Positions 1 through 12,578 of a stretch of DNA of 64,000 bases are shown here, one piece after another. The stretch is from Takakia lepidozioides (lineage: Eukaryota > Plantae > Bryophyta). Where the stretch lies: assembly GCA_030704615.1 (NCBI GenBank), contig CM060734.1:54498001-54562000 (forward strand). The letters run 5' to 3'. The stretch's first letter is position 1; the number at the start of each line of letters is the position of its first letter. The translations under genes were made by a program, and so were the position numbers. The notes beneath the pieces were generated by a model. That model was not told the DNA's origin. It saw only the letters and a list, made by a program, of their open reading frames with translations, and searched no databases.

Positions 1-409
1 GTGAAGTACATTTCTGCTGCTTCAGCAGTTGCCCTTTGAGCAGCATTTACTGTGCACTGCATTACTAATCTTGGGCCAGTCTCCTCCGCTGGCTTCTCTG
101 GGTTGTCAGCTAGGGGGTGTGTGTGAGAGCCTGATAGAAAGGTGGGGGGAGGAGTGCAGTTGGCAGGTGGTGGTGAAACCCTCACCAAACCTCACAAAGG
201 TGGACCTAATTTTCCCACATTGCATGCAGCCTCAACACCATATTCCACTTCCAACCTCCGTGCGTTCTCGTCCCTTTTGACCCTTTTGTTGTCTTTAGCT
301 ATCTGTGGTAACGATTCCCCCTGTACCTGCAAATGGATAATAATGGAAGAAGGTGTGTAATTGCCAAAACATTGGTTCCTTATTTGTACATTGTTAGTAT
401 CACATGCAG

Positions 410-3400
410 GTATCTGGGGACAAGAATGAAAAACCTGAAGCTGATCCTGCATTCGAGGGCATATTCTGGAATTACTTCAGCATTGGTGAGTACACTATGT
501 CAGTTCTAGGAGAAATCTGAAGGTAATGTACTGACTGTTGTTTGAAGAGGGCTTGGGCCTTTTGATGAGAAGTACAGAAGAGACAAGTCAACTTTATGGC
601 TCAGTTACTACATTCTGCGTATATTTAGCTGTAGGTGCGGAGTACCACTTTTGGGTTGATTTAAGTTCCAAATTGGATTATTGCATGAATTTTTCCAAAT
701 GGTGAAAGATTACTCCATACTGAACCGTAAGCAGATTTAGTTACTCATCTCCCATCCTCCCATTGGGACAAATGAAGTTCCTGGTTGCTGGCATTGGCAA
801 TTTTTTCTTTGCTGTCCAACTGGGTGTGGCATGTATGAACTAATGCAGGCAAATGAGTGCCTCCTGTTATCTATTTGATTTGTGTCTGCCTTGGTTCTTA
901 AGCACGAGCTTAGTAGTCTGGCTCCTGGACGTGGACATTACCAGTAAGGATATTGCAGACTGACAGTGAGTGAGATGGTCTGTAGGGATGGATGCTGAGG
1001 TTGCATATGGATTTCACAAACTTCGTGATGAGAAGCCTTGGCTTGCTCGTGGCCGTGTGGCTAATCAAGTACTTGACCACTCCCTTACCATATCTGTCAC
1101 TCAAGTTAGTGCTTATCTTGTTAAACTTGTTGAGTTCAAGCTTAGTAACTGATTAGTGAAAAGGGATGAGAAGATGCTCTCAATTACCTTTTCATTATGA
1201 GCATTTCTGCGATGTCCTGGATGGTGTTGGGATTCCACCCACCATGGTGTTTGCACAGAAGAGCCAGTAGGGCTGGAAAAACTGATTTTACTGTCCCTGA
1301 TTAGTTGAAAATAGGATGCACGGCACACATTTCTTCTTGGCAACAGCAACTTGCTGACCAGCTCCTGACTCTTGTAGCAAAGCCTTAGATGGGATCTAAA
1401 TTTGTCCTGGGCCTATCTGAAACTACAGCCTCTAATCCAGTTGCTATTGCCAGTTATGTAGCCATCCTCTCAGCTAAATTTTACGTAGGCTCCTGCACAG
1501 CCAAGGACATTCTGGTGACCGGGAATTCACCATTGATGGCCCATGGGAGGGAGATATTGCTTCAATCCTGTTTATCGTCACCACTCTCCTGGGGTTTGAC
1601 TAACGGGAGAAGCCTTTTCTGGATGTCAAGGGTAGTGTGGTGCATCCACTTTTCCTTGCAAAACATTTAAGAGAGAGATGTCTGCACAACGCAAGGGAGT
1701 CACATATAGGCTGCAGGAATGTGTCCTTTCTGTCATATAGACTCTTTCTACGTCCTTCGTCAAAGCCACACGGTGCCAAGCTGTGGTCAGGTGATTTTCT
1801 TATAAAAAATGGACGAAAAGCAGAACAATTTCTGTTGTTTCTTAACAGTTCCTTGTCTTGGGTAATCTCACGCAGTAGTTCAATAGTTTGTTGGTAGTGG
1901 TGCAAATTTGTGGCCTGAACCAAACCAACTATGTGATTTCTGGCTTGCCTCTGCTCATGTTGGTAGAATGCAGGTGCAAGGCATGGGTGGCTGACATAGT
2001 TGGTAGGGTTTCTTCTGCAGATGATCTATTCAGGTTATGGTTGTACCCAAGGCTGGTTCTGCACATCCTGTTCAACTGGTCCTCGGGGCAGGTGGAGCCC
2101 CGCCATATGCCTTCCTTGGTCTCCATTTTCGTTCTTCCTTGGTGGTCCTTAGAATTCTTTGGATTGAGAGAGTCTGTCTTGGAAGGTACATTCTGCTTTC
2201 TAGTTGAGGTAGATTGGGTGTTGTTCTAATTTTTCTGTTTAAGAGCATGTTTACAGCTCAAGGATGTCCATTATCTAGACCTTTCTCATGTAGTACAGAG
2301 CAGAAGTTGATTTCTCGGATAAAGACTGATGGTTATGCTGGCAAGAGTCCTGCTGCCATCCAATAGTTGATGATAGTAAGAGTGGAAGCTGTGTTAATCT
2401 CATGTATGGTGGATGCAATGCAGAGGGGTTAAAAACATCGTTCATCTGTCAATAAAAAAACCTCAAAGCAGCACCGATGAGTGGGAGGAGGTCAACATTC
2501 CTTCCAAGTAAGACTTCACCCTTTTGTGTTGTTGATCAGGGTTTCTTCTGTTAAGTTTTGAGCAGAAAGATGAGGTGTTTAACCACAATGTTCATATGCC
2601 ACACATCTTATTTCTTCTGAGCAATGGATGTGCCAGTTACCCCAAATAATATGAGTATTGTTTCCTTGTGCAACATGAAAACGTTTTGGCATTTAGCTTT
2701 GAATTGCAATAAAGTTTTGTCAAATCTTTGATTATCTGTTCAAGTGTGCTTGCATTAAGTAATGGTAAGATGACAGGACTGTGCCTTGAAACGGGTGCAG
2801 TATACGGGCGATAGTCATCCTGAATCTACAAAGCTATGCTGGTGGGCGAAACCCATGGGGTCGACCAGGAGCTGGGACATTGCAAAAGGTGAGTCTTGCC
2901 ATGTCAAAGTTTTACTGGTTATCGGTGCTGTTCTATGCCATATGTGTGTGTGTGTGTGTGTGTGTGTGTTTCAGCAGACATTCATGTGTCCTCAAAGGAC
3001 ACGGCATCCTTGGCTAAGGACTATATGCAGACATCCATCCCTTTCCTTGACAGTGACAATTAATGGTAAGAAGGGGTCTTCTACACAGGTACAGTTTTAC
3101 TCATTTTTTCCTAATGGTTCTGTGACCATGGCGTGGATTCCTAACTCTAATTGTGTGTGGAGCCCAGGAGGGGTTTGTGGAGGCAAAGGCAGACGATGGG
3201 CTGCTGGAGATTGTGGGTCTGCGTGATGGCTGGCACACTGCCTTTGTGATGATCAGTGTCCTCACAGCTGTTCGTCTTTGCCAGGTGATAAACTTAGGTC
3301 ACATAACTTTCTCTGTATCAATTATACTTTCTGCCATGGACTCTGATGGTCTTCTTTAAATCCAGGTCTGAATGTGCCCAAGAATTCTATGTGCATCCTG

Positions 3401-3814
3401 AGGAATTATGTGATATAGTTTATGGTGTTGGCTGGAGGCTTATGTTTATCAGGGCTTAGAGGATGCAATACCACATGGACTGTCATCACCTTTTCCACCC
3501 GTTTTTGCCCTCCTCCCAACCCCCTGCTCTTCCACTCTCTGCTCTGTCCAACTCCATGTGAGTTGTATGGTCCACAAGGCCACAGCAAACGTAAGTCTCA
3601 TCAGTTCTTTGTACTTCTCTTGAACCCCTCTTTCCTCACTGAACAGGCTAAAGCTATTCGATTGGAGCTGGGAGGGAAGCGGAGGAGGGGATTCCTGCAA
3701 ATGGATGGTGAACCATGGCAGCAACCATTAGGTAGACCAAACGAGCCCACTACAGTGGTGGAGATTGAACGTGTTTCAGTTCCCTCAGTAATGCTTCAGA
3801 GAGTGAGGTCATGA
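410..3814 (+). CDS. DGK: Diacylglycerol kinase (plant DGK3/4/7-like), 3' portion; 5' exons lie upstream of the window
   Basis: GT-AG exons 410-485, 986-1068, 2021-2091, 2424-2507, 2801-2888, 3168-3284, 3647-3814 splice in frame to give FWNYFSIGMDAEVAYGFHKLRDEKP...IYSGYGCTQGWFC...LNLQSYAGGRNPWG...DDGLLEIVGL...FLQMDGEPWQQP, the DGK accessory domain motifs. Stop TGA at 3812-3814. Confidence 0.93.
2943..2969. repeat. (TG)n microsatellite in DGK intron
   Basis: Uninterrupted tgtgtg run seen directly. Confidence 0.95.
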
Positions 3815-5389
3815 GAATTTCTTGAAGATTTTCATATTCTTTGTACATGTATTTGTATGAATAGCCATGTACCAAAATAGTGGGTTACAAGCTGGCCTTT
3901 GGGTCGACGTGATAGCTCCTATCCTTATTATTTGCACTCATTCAAACTGAGTTAGCTCTGCCTGGTGTGGGATTGGAAGAGCGGAGCTTTAATGCCAGTG
4001 CCCTTCATGAGACACGATGCTCTTGTATGTTCTATTTTTGTCTGGTGTCTCTTCTTGAAAGCAACATTCATATATATTTTTCTATCTAGTGTAATTAGCC
4101 TTGAAATTTCTGTCAAAGAACCTCTCTCTCATATTGAAGCCTGAAATTTTTACTGAAGAAATCTGAATACTGATATTTGTATGTCGAAAAGTTGAGATGG
4201 AATCGAGGTTTCATCATGTAAGAATCAGTGAGATGTAGTTGTAGATATGGTGGTGTAGTATGTACCTTCAGTAATGAAATCTGTTAGTTTTCAGAAGGGA
4301 CCCCTAGCAAAATGGAGATGCATGGGTGTGCTGATTGACATCCTTAAGCAAGTGCTGGATAGTCATAATGCATTACCACTACTATGGATCCTCCGCAGAA
4401 ATGGAAAGTACTCTCATTTACACTGTCAGCAATAATTCTTGCACCCCCGGTCATCAACACTCAGCCCACCAGGCTTCTTCATGGTTGCTTGGCCATCATG
4501 AAGACTTGCCTGTCTTCCCCTGCACCATTCTGCATAGGTTGGGTCTCCTACATCTCCATCAGCTCCTATCTTGTTACTTGGCCACCACCAAGTGCTGCTC
4601 CATGTCCAAGTGCATTGCAGAGCTGGATATGTAGTTCTTCTCCACCATGGTTGCCTGGCCATCACCAAGCTGTCGGTGCTTACTGCATCAGCCTGGATAC
4701 CTTATGGAAGACTAGGTATTCGCGCACACCATATTGCGGTTGCTTCACTTCTGGCAGTCTTATTTATGGCACATTCATGGTATACTGCTTGCCATCACAC
4801 TCTCTGCCTACATCCTCCTACTGTGTTTTGTCTCCACTTCCATTAGTCCTGATGGTTGATTGGCCATCACAGCTACAGCTGCAGGAGGTTTCCTCTCTCA
4901 CAAAGAATGAAATTGCGAGCAGAACCGGGTGTCTACCGAGCCACAGATTCTCCTTCCTCTGCTAGTTTAGGTTGATTTGGGGGCAAGTCACTCGGTAAAG
5001 CTTTCTGTCCAGGAGGAAGGCATCTACGCAAGAGGAGAATTGAATACAAGCTTGCAACTACCACATTTCACTGCACAGAGCCACAATCTTCACCTAAAAG
5101 GGAGTCAAGGAGAAAAAGCTGCTACCCTCTCCCTCCAAATTCCCCAACAACAGCGAATTAGAGACATATACAAGATGGGTGACAAGTCCAAGTTATATGC
5201 AAACTCCCAACGCGTTGGGATGAACGGATCCACGAAGATTAGCCACTGTGTATTTTGAATCCAAGCCTTAGCTTTTGCCCCACGTGTTTAGTGGAGAGAT
5301 TTAGAGACACGCGGCCATAAACAAACCTAATCTCCATGGATCAGGTTTGCCTCCTTGCTAGTCTATGGGATCTCTGCTGAATTGTTTTG

Positions 5390-5513
5390 TAGTATTGGGA
5401 GATCTGAAATGGGGTCAGAACACTTTGGCTATGCGGAAATTTGTTACTGGTGAATTTTCTCGCTGTGTTGGGAGTTCTGAAATGGGGCCATAACGCTTTG
5501 GGCTATGCGGAAT
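5390..5513 (+). repeat. Imperfect direct repeat (two copies of about 50 bp) in the 5' UTR/promoter of the PH-domain gene
   Basis: ttgggagatctgaaatggggtcagaacactttggctatgcggaa vs ttgggagttctgaaatggggccataacgctttgggctatgcggaa. Confidence 0.75.
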
Positions 5514-5551
5514 TGAGTGAGGGGTGTTGTGTTTCGGCTGATCTTGCGTGG

Positions 5552-8500
5552 ATGGAGGTCCAGGCTGGGGACGAAGAAGAAAGCAAGAGTAGTCTTGAGA
5601 AAATCAAGAAACAGCTCAATTGTGCTTCCGGAAGTGTGATCCTGCAAGGGCCTCTTCTGAAGCGTTCTGAAACGGTGAGTCGATGAGTATTGACTTGAAT
5701 GCTTAGGCAACTGGAAGAGGATGCTCTGAATAAGTGCGGTTTTCTCTACGCATGTCAATCAAGCCTAAGCTGCCTAGTGCTCTAAAAGCCTCCTAAAACT
5801 TCTCTGTACGCTCTGAGCTTCTGATCCAGCATGCCTGACGCAGACAAATTCCATGAATTAGGTCTGTATGTAGACGCAGCTGATTTGTGTAACGCAGCTG
5901 CCCTGGTCACCCCTGATCGGTCGGAATATGACAGCAATGTCTTTGATAGACCTCGCAAGAAATGTTGGTATTGAGAGCATTATACATGATGTTTTTTACG
6001 CTTGCTGAGGTTGGAAATTGAAGTGCACTGAAATAACAGAAGTGAGCATGGGTGCCCCAACGGACAACGTTGCTATTGCTAACCATTAAGGTTGTTCTGG
6101 TGTAGCTTCGCAAATGGAATCAACGGTGGTTTACATTGGACCCTTCAATTGGCAAAATGGAATACAGGTGAGAATATGGACTCAAGTCATCTTGTATAGA
6201 GTAAGGTACTGCTGGTAGGTGAGGACCTGAGGCAAATGAAGCCACCTACTTCAAAGACTACCCAATGTGTTCAATTGTCTTGGTTGTTCCTCTTCCACAT
6301 GATTTCCCCTGGGCTGGGCATGCAGGGCTCAGCAATTTGATCTGTCACCCAGAGGATCGATAACATTTGATGCCGACAGCACAGTCACTCTTACCCCAAC
6401 CAACTTCCAGTAAGTTGGTTTGGTATCTGCAATTTTTGAGTTTGCACCTAGATCTTCAGCATGTATATCTCAACAGCTTATTCTCCACAACATGGGGCGG
6501 TTCAGGAGAGGGTGACGCCATTCCATACCACTTGCTGATTGTGTGCATGAGTGGTTATGTGGCAGCCAATTTAGGTTGCCATCATCTTCGAGAAAAAAAA
6601 TCTGTAAGATAGGGTTGGTACCCTAGCAGTAACAGTTTCTTTGATCTGTTGAGTTTTGTGTTGCATGTTAAATGTCACAGAAGTTTGTGAGGTGTTGTAT
6701 TGATGATTAAATGGTCATATTTCTTGGCTGCTTTGCAGAAGAGATAAGAAGTATGATGGCTGTGGCTTTTGTATCCTTTTTCAAGAGAGCATGATTAAGC
6801 ATATGGAGGTGTCCAATATCTGTCAAATAGGGTTTTGTTCTTCTACCAGTGGCACTCCTCCCTCCAACCAGGTCTTCAAATGTTATGATGGAAAGTGGAC
6901 CCAACTTTTGTTTACTCAAGAACAAATCAAGCAGGAACCCTTGAACGTGCTGTATGAGAGAGATGTTTTTGGGAGGCGAAATTTTGGAGACATAAGTACT
7001 GCATCTCTTTTCTTATTGGTTGATTGATCTTCTTGTCGTGTTTAGCTTTGTAGTTCAGATCTCTGCACAACAAATGCTTGCACTTGAAAATTTTGTGCTT
7101 TAAGAGTATTCAAGTGTTGACTTAACACAATCATTTAGATGTGGGTTCTCCGCAGAAGAAGGAATACTTCCTTTGTGCAGGGACACCAGTTGCTGCAAAG
7201 GCTTGGGTGGCAACATTAAGGTGAGGGATAGAGCATCCATTTTTGTTTGTCAGGTAAAGTCTTTAGTCCACTTTATTGCATTCGAAAAAACATATTAAAT
7301 TGGAGGGTTCATTCCGGAGGAGTGTATGTGGCAACTGAGCTTGGCGGTGTTTGCTTGCACTCAATAGTACTTCAGCCAGGACATTTGGGGATTCTCAGTG
7401 GCAAGTAAACAACGGGTTTGTGTGTGCATAATCTGCAGGGCAGCCGTACTAGTGTTGAGGGCGCACAGGGAAGCTGTGAACTCACTGAGTGGGAATGGAC
7501 ATGCCAAAGTTGGAACAGTGGCTGCTATTGTGGCTGCTGCCAATGCCACTGCCCAGGAAGCAGCCAAGGATTTGCAAATGTCAATGAGGGCCACTAGCCT
7601 TGTCTTCTCTGCCTCCGGCCCAAGGGGTGGTATGGATAATGTGGCCGTTATGAAGGTCTGTTCCGTGCTCACTTCATTTCTCCTATTTGATAGTCTGAAC
7701 CCTTTGATTTCATTTTATTGGATCACAACCATTGTCTCTCCTGCTCTGCTTTCGTGCCTCTCTGGTAACCTTTGAGTCTACAGAGGTCTCTCAAGTATCA
7801 TAACTGAGACCCTCAGGCTAGTTATGTGTACATGCAGGGTTATGCAGTTTCTTGTGGTACAAGGTCCACATGTGAGTGCATTAAGCAAGATAGTGGGATC
7901 ATTATAGAACCTGTTGTCATGTACTTGTGATTCATATTTAAACTCGGTGTAACCTTTTATCTTATGCAGTTTGCGTCTGGTATATGTGTCCTGCGCAGGA
8001 GACCCTGAGGGTGAAGGATGAAGAACTCAATCAACTGGCAGGGGATTTGAAAGCACGGAATTTCACCATTCAGGAGTTGACAAACCGTCTTTCTGAAACT
8101 GCCAGTGCTGCAGACTCTGCGGCATCAGCAGTACATGCCATGGACAGAGATCACAAGGTGGCTCTGTCAGAAATGGAAAACCTGCGTGATGAGCTGCTCC
8201 GTTTTGTGCAAGACGTATGCTTTCTCGTGCCTCAATGGGAGTCCAGTTGGGTTTTGCATGTCTTCTCTCTAAGATCGTAGGCAATGGGAAGGGTTCTCAC
8301 AAACATGAAGTGGTCCAGTCCATCCCTGACAACTGCAAATAGAGAATGTCCACTTTGGTGTAGATTCTAATGTTCGGTTTTCCATAACGACAAGATGAGA
8401 TTGTTGCAAATAGTTGTTCACTTCAGAAGTACCACCACTTGCTTTTCCATAATTTTGAGTATTCTTCTTGATCTCAGCGCAATTGGCATGGGCAGTTGAG

Positions 8501-9334
8501 CAAGAATCTAGGAAGTGTGGATACTTAAGAACAGTAGCTGAACCTGTTATTATGGTCTTCAATTTGTGTGCTCAGATAAGGGCTGCAGATGAGCGAGCAG
8601 CAGCAGCATTGAAGGCTAGAGAACTTGCTTTGCAAGAAGCTCACATGTGGCGCTTGGAGCTGGGCAAGCTCCGAGAGCGCAGTGTGGTCCTGGAGGGAGC
8701 TGTACTCCGTGCGGAAGAGAATGCACGTCAACTGAAGCTGGCGTTTGACCATGAGCTGGCTGACTGCAGTCAACGCGCAGCCCCCAGGTTTGCTCTGCCT
8801 CAGCCGATTGGAGAGATTAGTTTGGTGAAGTTGCAAACAATGCACCTTGTTTCAGCATCATGGCTTGCTGGAGCTGTTATTGCTACACATGTGTACAGGG
8901 CTGTTGAAACAAATACAGCAGATGCACATGATGAGAGAAAACCAGCGTTATCTGACAAGGAATTGGTTGAGGACGTGTGTCCCACAAATTGCAGTGCTCA
9001 ATCAACAGCAGATGCACATGATGAGAGAAAACCAGCGTTATCAGGGAACGCTGACGAGGAATTGGTTGAGGACGGGTGTCCCACAAACTGCAGTGCTCAA
9101 TCAACTACAGTTACACCTGGAGTTGGTGAACAAGACAAAACTCAGAGCAGTGAGCATCCGACAGATTCCGAGTCGGCACATTTGCAAGAAGCAGCAGCAA
9201 ATGAGGGTGCAGGTATGTGCCGGGCACGAGCAGGGAACTCAGCAGAGGAAGTGAGACCCATCCCTTCAACATTGCAACATGAAAGTGCTGCGAGTGAGGA
9301 TGAGAACCAGGAGCGCGAAGGTATGCCATGTTGA
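5552..9334 (+). CDS. Pleckstrin-homology + coiled-coil protein, plant SWAP70-like (At2g30880 type)
   Basis: Exons 5552-5674, 6106-6167, 6326-6409, 6739-6770, 7139-7220, 7439-7655, 7999-8214, 8576-8787, 8899-9334 splice in frame: SLEKIKKQL...LQGPLLKRSETLRKWNQRWFTLDP...KYDGCGFYVGSPQKKEYFLCAGTPVAAKAWVATLR...AHREAVNSLSG...ETLRVKDEEL. Confidence 0.88.
6771..7138 (+). other. U12-type (minor spliceosome) GT-AG intron
   Basis: 5' splice site GTATCCTTTT; branch-like GACTTAAC at 7119-7126, 12 nt before the AG; no polypyrimidine tract; flanking exons join in frame. Confidence 0.85.
8915..9103 (+). repeat. Coding tandem duplication (90 nt + 99 nt units) in the last exon of the PH gene
   Basis: TADAHDERKPALS(GNA)D[K/E]ELVED[V/G]CPTNCSAQS occurs twice and is nearly identical at the DNA level. 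Confidence 0.92.
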
Positions 9335-11257
9335 AGCATTCTTTTATTTCTTCAAGAGGTTAGGTTCTGTAGTATCCTTCAGGACATTTCTTGCTCTGCA
9401 ATTTCTGCAATGATCCTGAGCAAGTGCTTCGACAGTTGTACAACAGCCTATCTCCGTGTGCCTTGGATTTGTGGGGCCAAATGTCAGTTAGAACTTGAAT
9501 GTAGTATGTGAGATGTACGACTCCCTAGTCTAACTCTACAGGAGGTTGCAGAGGCGATGTCCTTTTGACAACTTTTTCTCCATCCCTTTGCCAACCATAA
9601 TACTAATGTTTTCGTACCAGTTGTATCTGTATGGACACTACGTGGTTTTGACACTAGTGTTACTGAGAAATTAAAATGATGTGCTTTCTGTGTGTTTCCA
9701 GCACCCTGCAACCTATGTTGTTTCTGAGGGATGATGAGTTTGTTCCGAATACTCCAAGACAAACATGTCGAACGGAGGCTTAAACAGCCATTCATCAGGC
9801 ACCAGAGCATGGGCATCTTGGGTTGTATACATAGCAGGTCTTCCCCTGTAAATTATTTGAGACCACATTGAATGTTTTTATGTTGATATTGTGGGTGGTC
9901 ACTGCATTTGGTGTGTAAGAAGATGCCGCGGCTATTTCTGGTCGAGGTTGGTTTGGTATAACATTGTAAGATGAGAGATGTATGCAATTTCAGACTGTCA
10001 AATGTGGACAGCTTGAAATTTGCAAAGTCCCTATGCTGGCACAGCGGTTGAGAACGCAGTGTGACCTAGTCGGGCTGCGTCCTTTCCATATCATGTGCTC
10101 AAACCTCCCTACCAAACCCACACTCACCATATCCCGCGATCTTAAGTGGTCCATGAGACCACATCTTGTTCAGCCTCCCTGTCAAACCCTCGATGTGTGC
10201 ATCCTTCAGGATTGCGGGCCATTTGACATTTACTTGTCCAGATTCATGTGAGCATCCATTTTTGCTGCTAGGCTGGCACATGCAGGTAGTGATCTCAAGT
10301 GACTTTGCTTGAAGTCGACCCTTCCAGTACTGAGGGGTTGCTGCTACATCCAAAGCCCCCCTACCATTAAACCAATCTTGACCAATCTTGACATTTTGTA
10401 CACTTGCATTGTAAGTGCAGGCTCTGCATTTTGCATATCGAGTCTTCAACGTTGAAATTGTAGGATTTTGAAATAGATGGAAGGCCTCCTGCCAGCCTTA
10501 CCTCTCTCCCAAGTCCTTGCGATGTATCACTCTCTATTGTCAACTTGAATACTGTAATCATTTGAGATGCTGGAAACTCCAACATGCGGCTGGTCGTACT
10601 GATATCCCTCACATTGTATTGAAGGGGTCTCATATTGTCTTTGCAGCAAATTGGGAAATGAAGGCAGTGATTGACTCGTCCTCCCCAACCTTTCACAGCA
10701 CTGTCTGTATTGCATTCTTTTCTCTATTGATCTGAGGAATCTGTTCAAACAGACGGTTAGGTGATGTCTGGGACATAGAGATCTAGATAGCTGCTAATGT
10801 GGAGAAAGGAAAGCTTCTTGGAGAGGCGGCTATGCAATGGACAATCTACTCCGATGGGCCCGAGCATCAGTCCTCTGGTGTATGTAGATTGTAGCTGTTG
10901 GACTTCTGACGCGACTAGCACAGACAATACCATCCTCCTTTATTGGAGCTCTGCAATATTTTCCACTACACACCATATAAGATGTAGAAGGTTATTAGGG
11001 AGTAAATAGGCCCACCCCCCCCCAAGAGGGAGCAGGTTCTGAGTTACGCCGGATTCGGCCAGAGTTTTCTCTCTCTCTCCTTTATTAGGGAGTAGGCACA
11101 GAAAGACAAGAGGTAGCCTCAGCTCTCGAAGCTATGGTGAGAGACAAGTCACAAATGTTGGAGAGGCAAGCCGGACGCAGTTAATCACCATGGGGAATTG
11201 AACTGCAAATGAAAAGGATGAATGTATGGGGGAAGGACCTTCTGGGGGGGTTATTTC

Positions 11258-11500
11258 CAGTGTTGCGCGGGTATTACTTTTTCTAATACCAGCTAGGTCC
11301 GGGTATTGAAAAGAAATTAATTTGCAATACCAGCTGGTTCCATAGTATTGAAAGATTCCCTTAATTTTAATACCTGCCGGTTCTCAATATTAGTATGATT
11401 TTTGATTTGCGGACGGGTATCAATAGGATGGGTATTCCAATCTAATACCTTCCGGTTATCAACCCGGGTATACATAATAAAAATAAAAATAAAAATAACC
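11258..11500 (+). mobile_element. hAT-like DNA transposon terminus with subterminal repeats
   Basis: Starts CAGTGTTGCGCGGGTATT, followed by multiple GGGTATT/AATACC(A/T)G motifs in both orientations; partner end not found. Confidence 0.55.
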
Positions 11501-11625
11501 ACTAAATCATTAATATATGAATTTAGAAGATTTCAGTTGACTTCACAAAGAAATTAATTATTGTACTCATTCCTTCGTGGTGTTTGTCTTCTAAAATTAA
11601 TGTATATTATCTCTATTCTCTTATT

Positions 11626-11841
11626 CTAATACAGTATGTAAATAGTGCAATCCCAAACCATCCCGTACGTGATTATTGGTAATACAAAAGGGAGGTTTGA
11701 ACTCATGACAAGGTTCATGAATTCTACTCCAAAATCTGCAACAAAAATTCTTACAAGATGATGTTTGTCGATGACGCGCACATTGATACTAAATACATTT
11801 GGCGGTGGAAAATTAGGCGGAAAATATCTACCTCGATCCAT
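11626..11841 (-). CDS. Small ORF B (71 aa) of unknown function inside an LTR element, paralog of ORF A
   Basis: ATG-to-stop intact; about 20 identities to ORF A over 66 aa by manual alignment. Confidence 0.55.
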   Translation of the reverse strand: MDRGRYFPPNFPPPNVFSINVRVIDKHHLVRIFVADFGVEFMNLVMSSNLPFVLPIITYGMVWDCTIYILY

Positions 11842-11844
11842 GAA

Positions 11845-12045
11845 CTATGTATATACACATATGTACACATTCCAATTTCTAATTATAGGAAAGACGACAG
11901 GTCGTGGGTTTTGTAAGACTTCTTGATATTGTTCCTCTCCAAATCTCTGTACTATCATATCTCTAATTTCTGCCTTACGACGACATATAATTTTAAACTC
12001 ACACTTCGAAGGAAAATCACGGAAAGAGGGTTGATTTAAGTCCAT
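11845..12045 (-). CDS. Small ORF A (66 aa) of unknown function, about 150 nt downstream of the PBS
   Basis: ATG-to-stop intact; shares FP..F.I..R, FG.E, P.V.PII and V..C pattern with ORF B. Confidence 0.55.
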   Translation of the reverse strand: MDLNQPSFRDFPSKCEFKIICRRKAEIRDMIVQRFGEEQYQEVLQNPRPVVFPIIRNWNVYICVYT

Positions 12046-12191
12046 AAATTTTTTATACTATTGTTATGACGCACCATCACTACTATCTATTCAACACTTA
12101 AAAACATTAACAACAAAAATCTCTAAAAAAAAACATCTTAATCAAATCCTTCTAAAGAGGGTATTCACTCCCAACTTTAAGAAAGACTAGA

Positions 12192-12202
12192 CTCTGATAC
12201 CA
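12192..12202 (-). promoter_or_regulatory. tRNA-iMet primer binding site
   Basis: Minus strand TGGTATCAGAG, 1 nt after the LTR end ...TGTTACA. Confidence 0.9.
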
Positions 12203-12203
12203 T

Positions 12204-12578
12204 TGTAACACCCATGATCTACACAAACAAGAATAGAAGTATTTCTCAACTTTTTCCCAAAATAACTCGATGCCTTCTAGGCTTTCATTGCATGTTTATA
12301 TACCCTTCACAATATGATTATTTTAAAGGTTTGACTTGAGAGCCTCAAGTCAATATTTCTTAAAGTCAACCTTATTAGGTTTGACATATTCTTCACAATA
12401 TGACTTTATCAAACATTTGACCTACTCTCCATAATATAAATATCTTACAGGTTTGACTTGAGAGTCTCAAGTCAAACTTCCTTAAGTCAAACTTCATAGG
12501 AACCTTCTTAGTTATTTTGGAAACTTCTAGGAGACTTTCCTCCTCCATCTAGAACCTTCTAGATTCTACCCTGTTACA
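12204..12578 (-). mobile_element. 5' LTR (375 bp) of an LTR retroelement inserted into the PPR gene
   Basis: Perfect 7-bp terminal inverted repeat TGTAACA...TGTTACA, adjacent PBS, and PPR homology stops exactly at 12579 (GYVPD|). Confidence 0.85.

Noticed and set aside
1200-1900. Possible LINE RT remnants in the DGK intron (similar hints at about 32600-33300)
   Set aside because: Only faint partial motifs; not supportable by eye.
4384-4965. 193-aa ORF between DGK and the PH gene
   Set aside because: No recognisable motifs and unusual composition; likely a chance ORF in decayed repeat DNA.
10000-11200. Possible decayed retroelement gag or LTR (a GEDESITAFISQF-like stretch on the minus strand)
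   Set aside because: Too degenerate to assign without a profile search.
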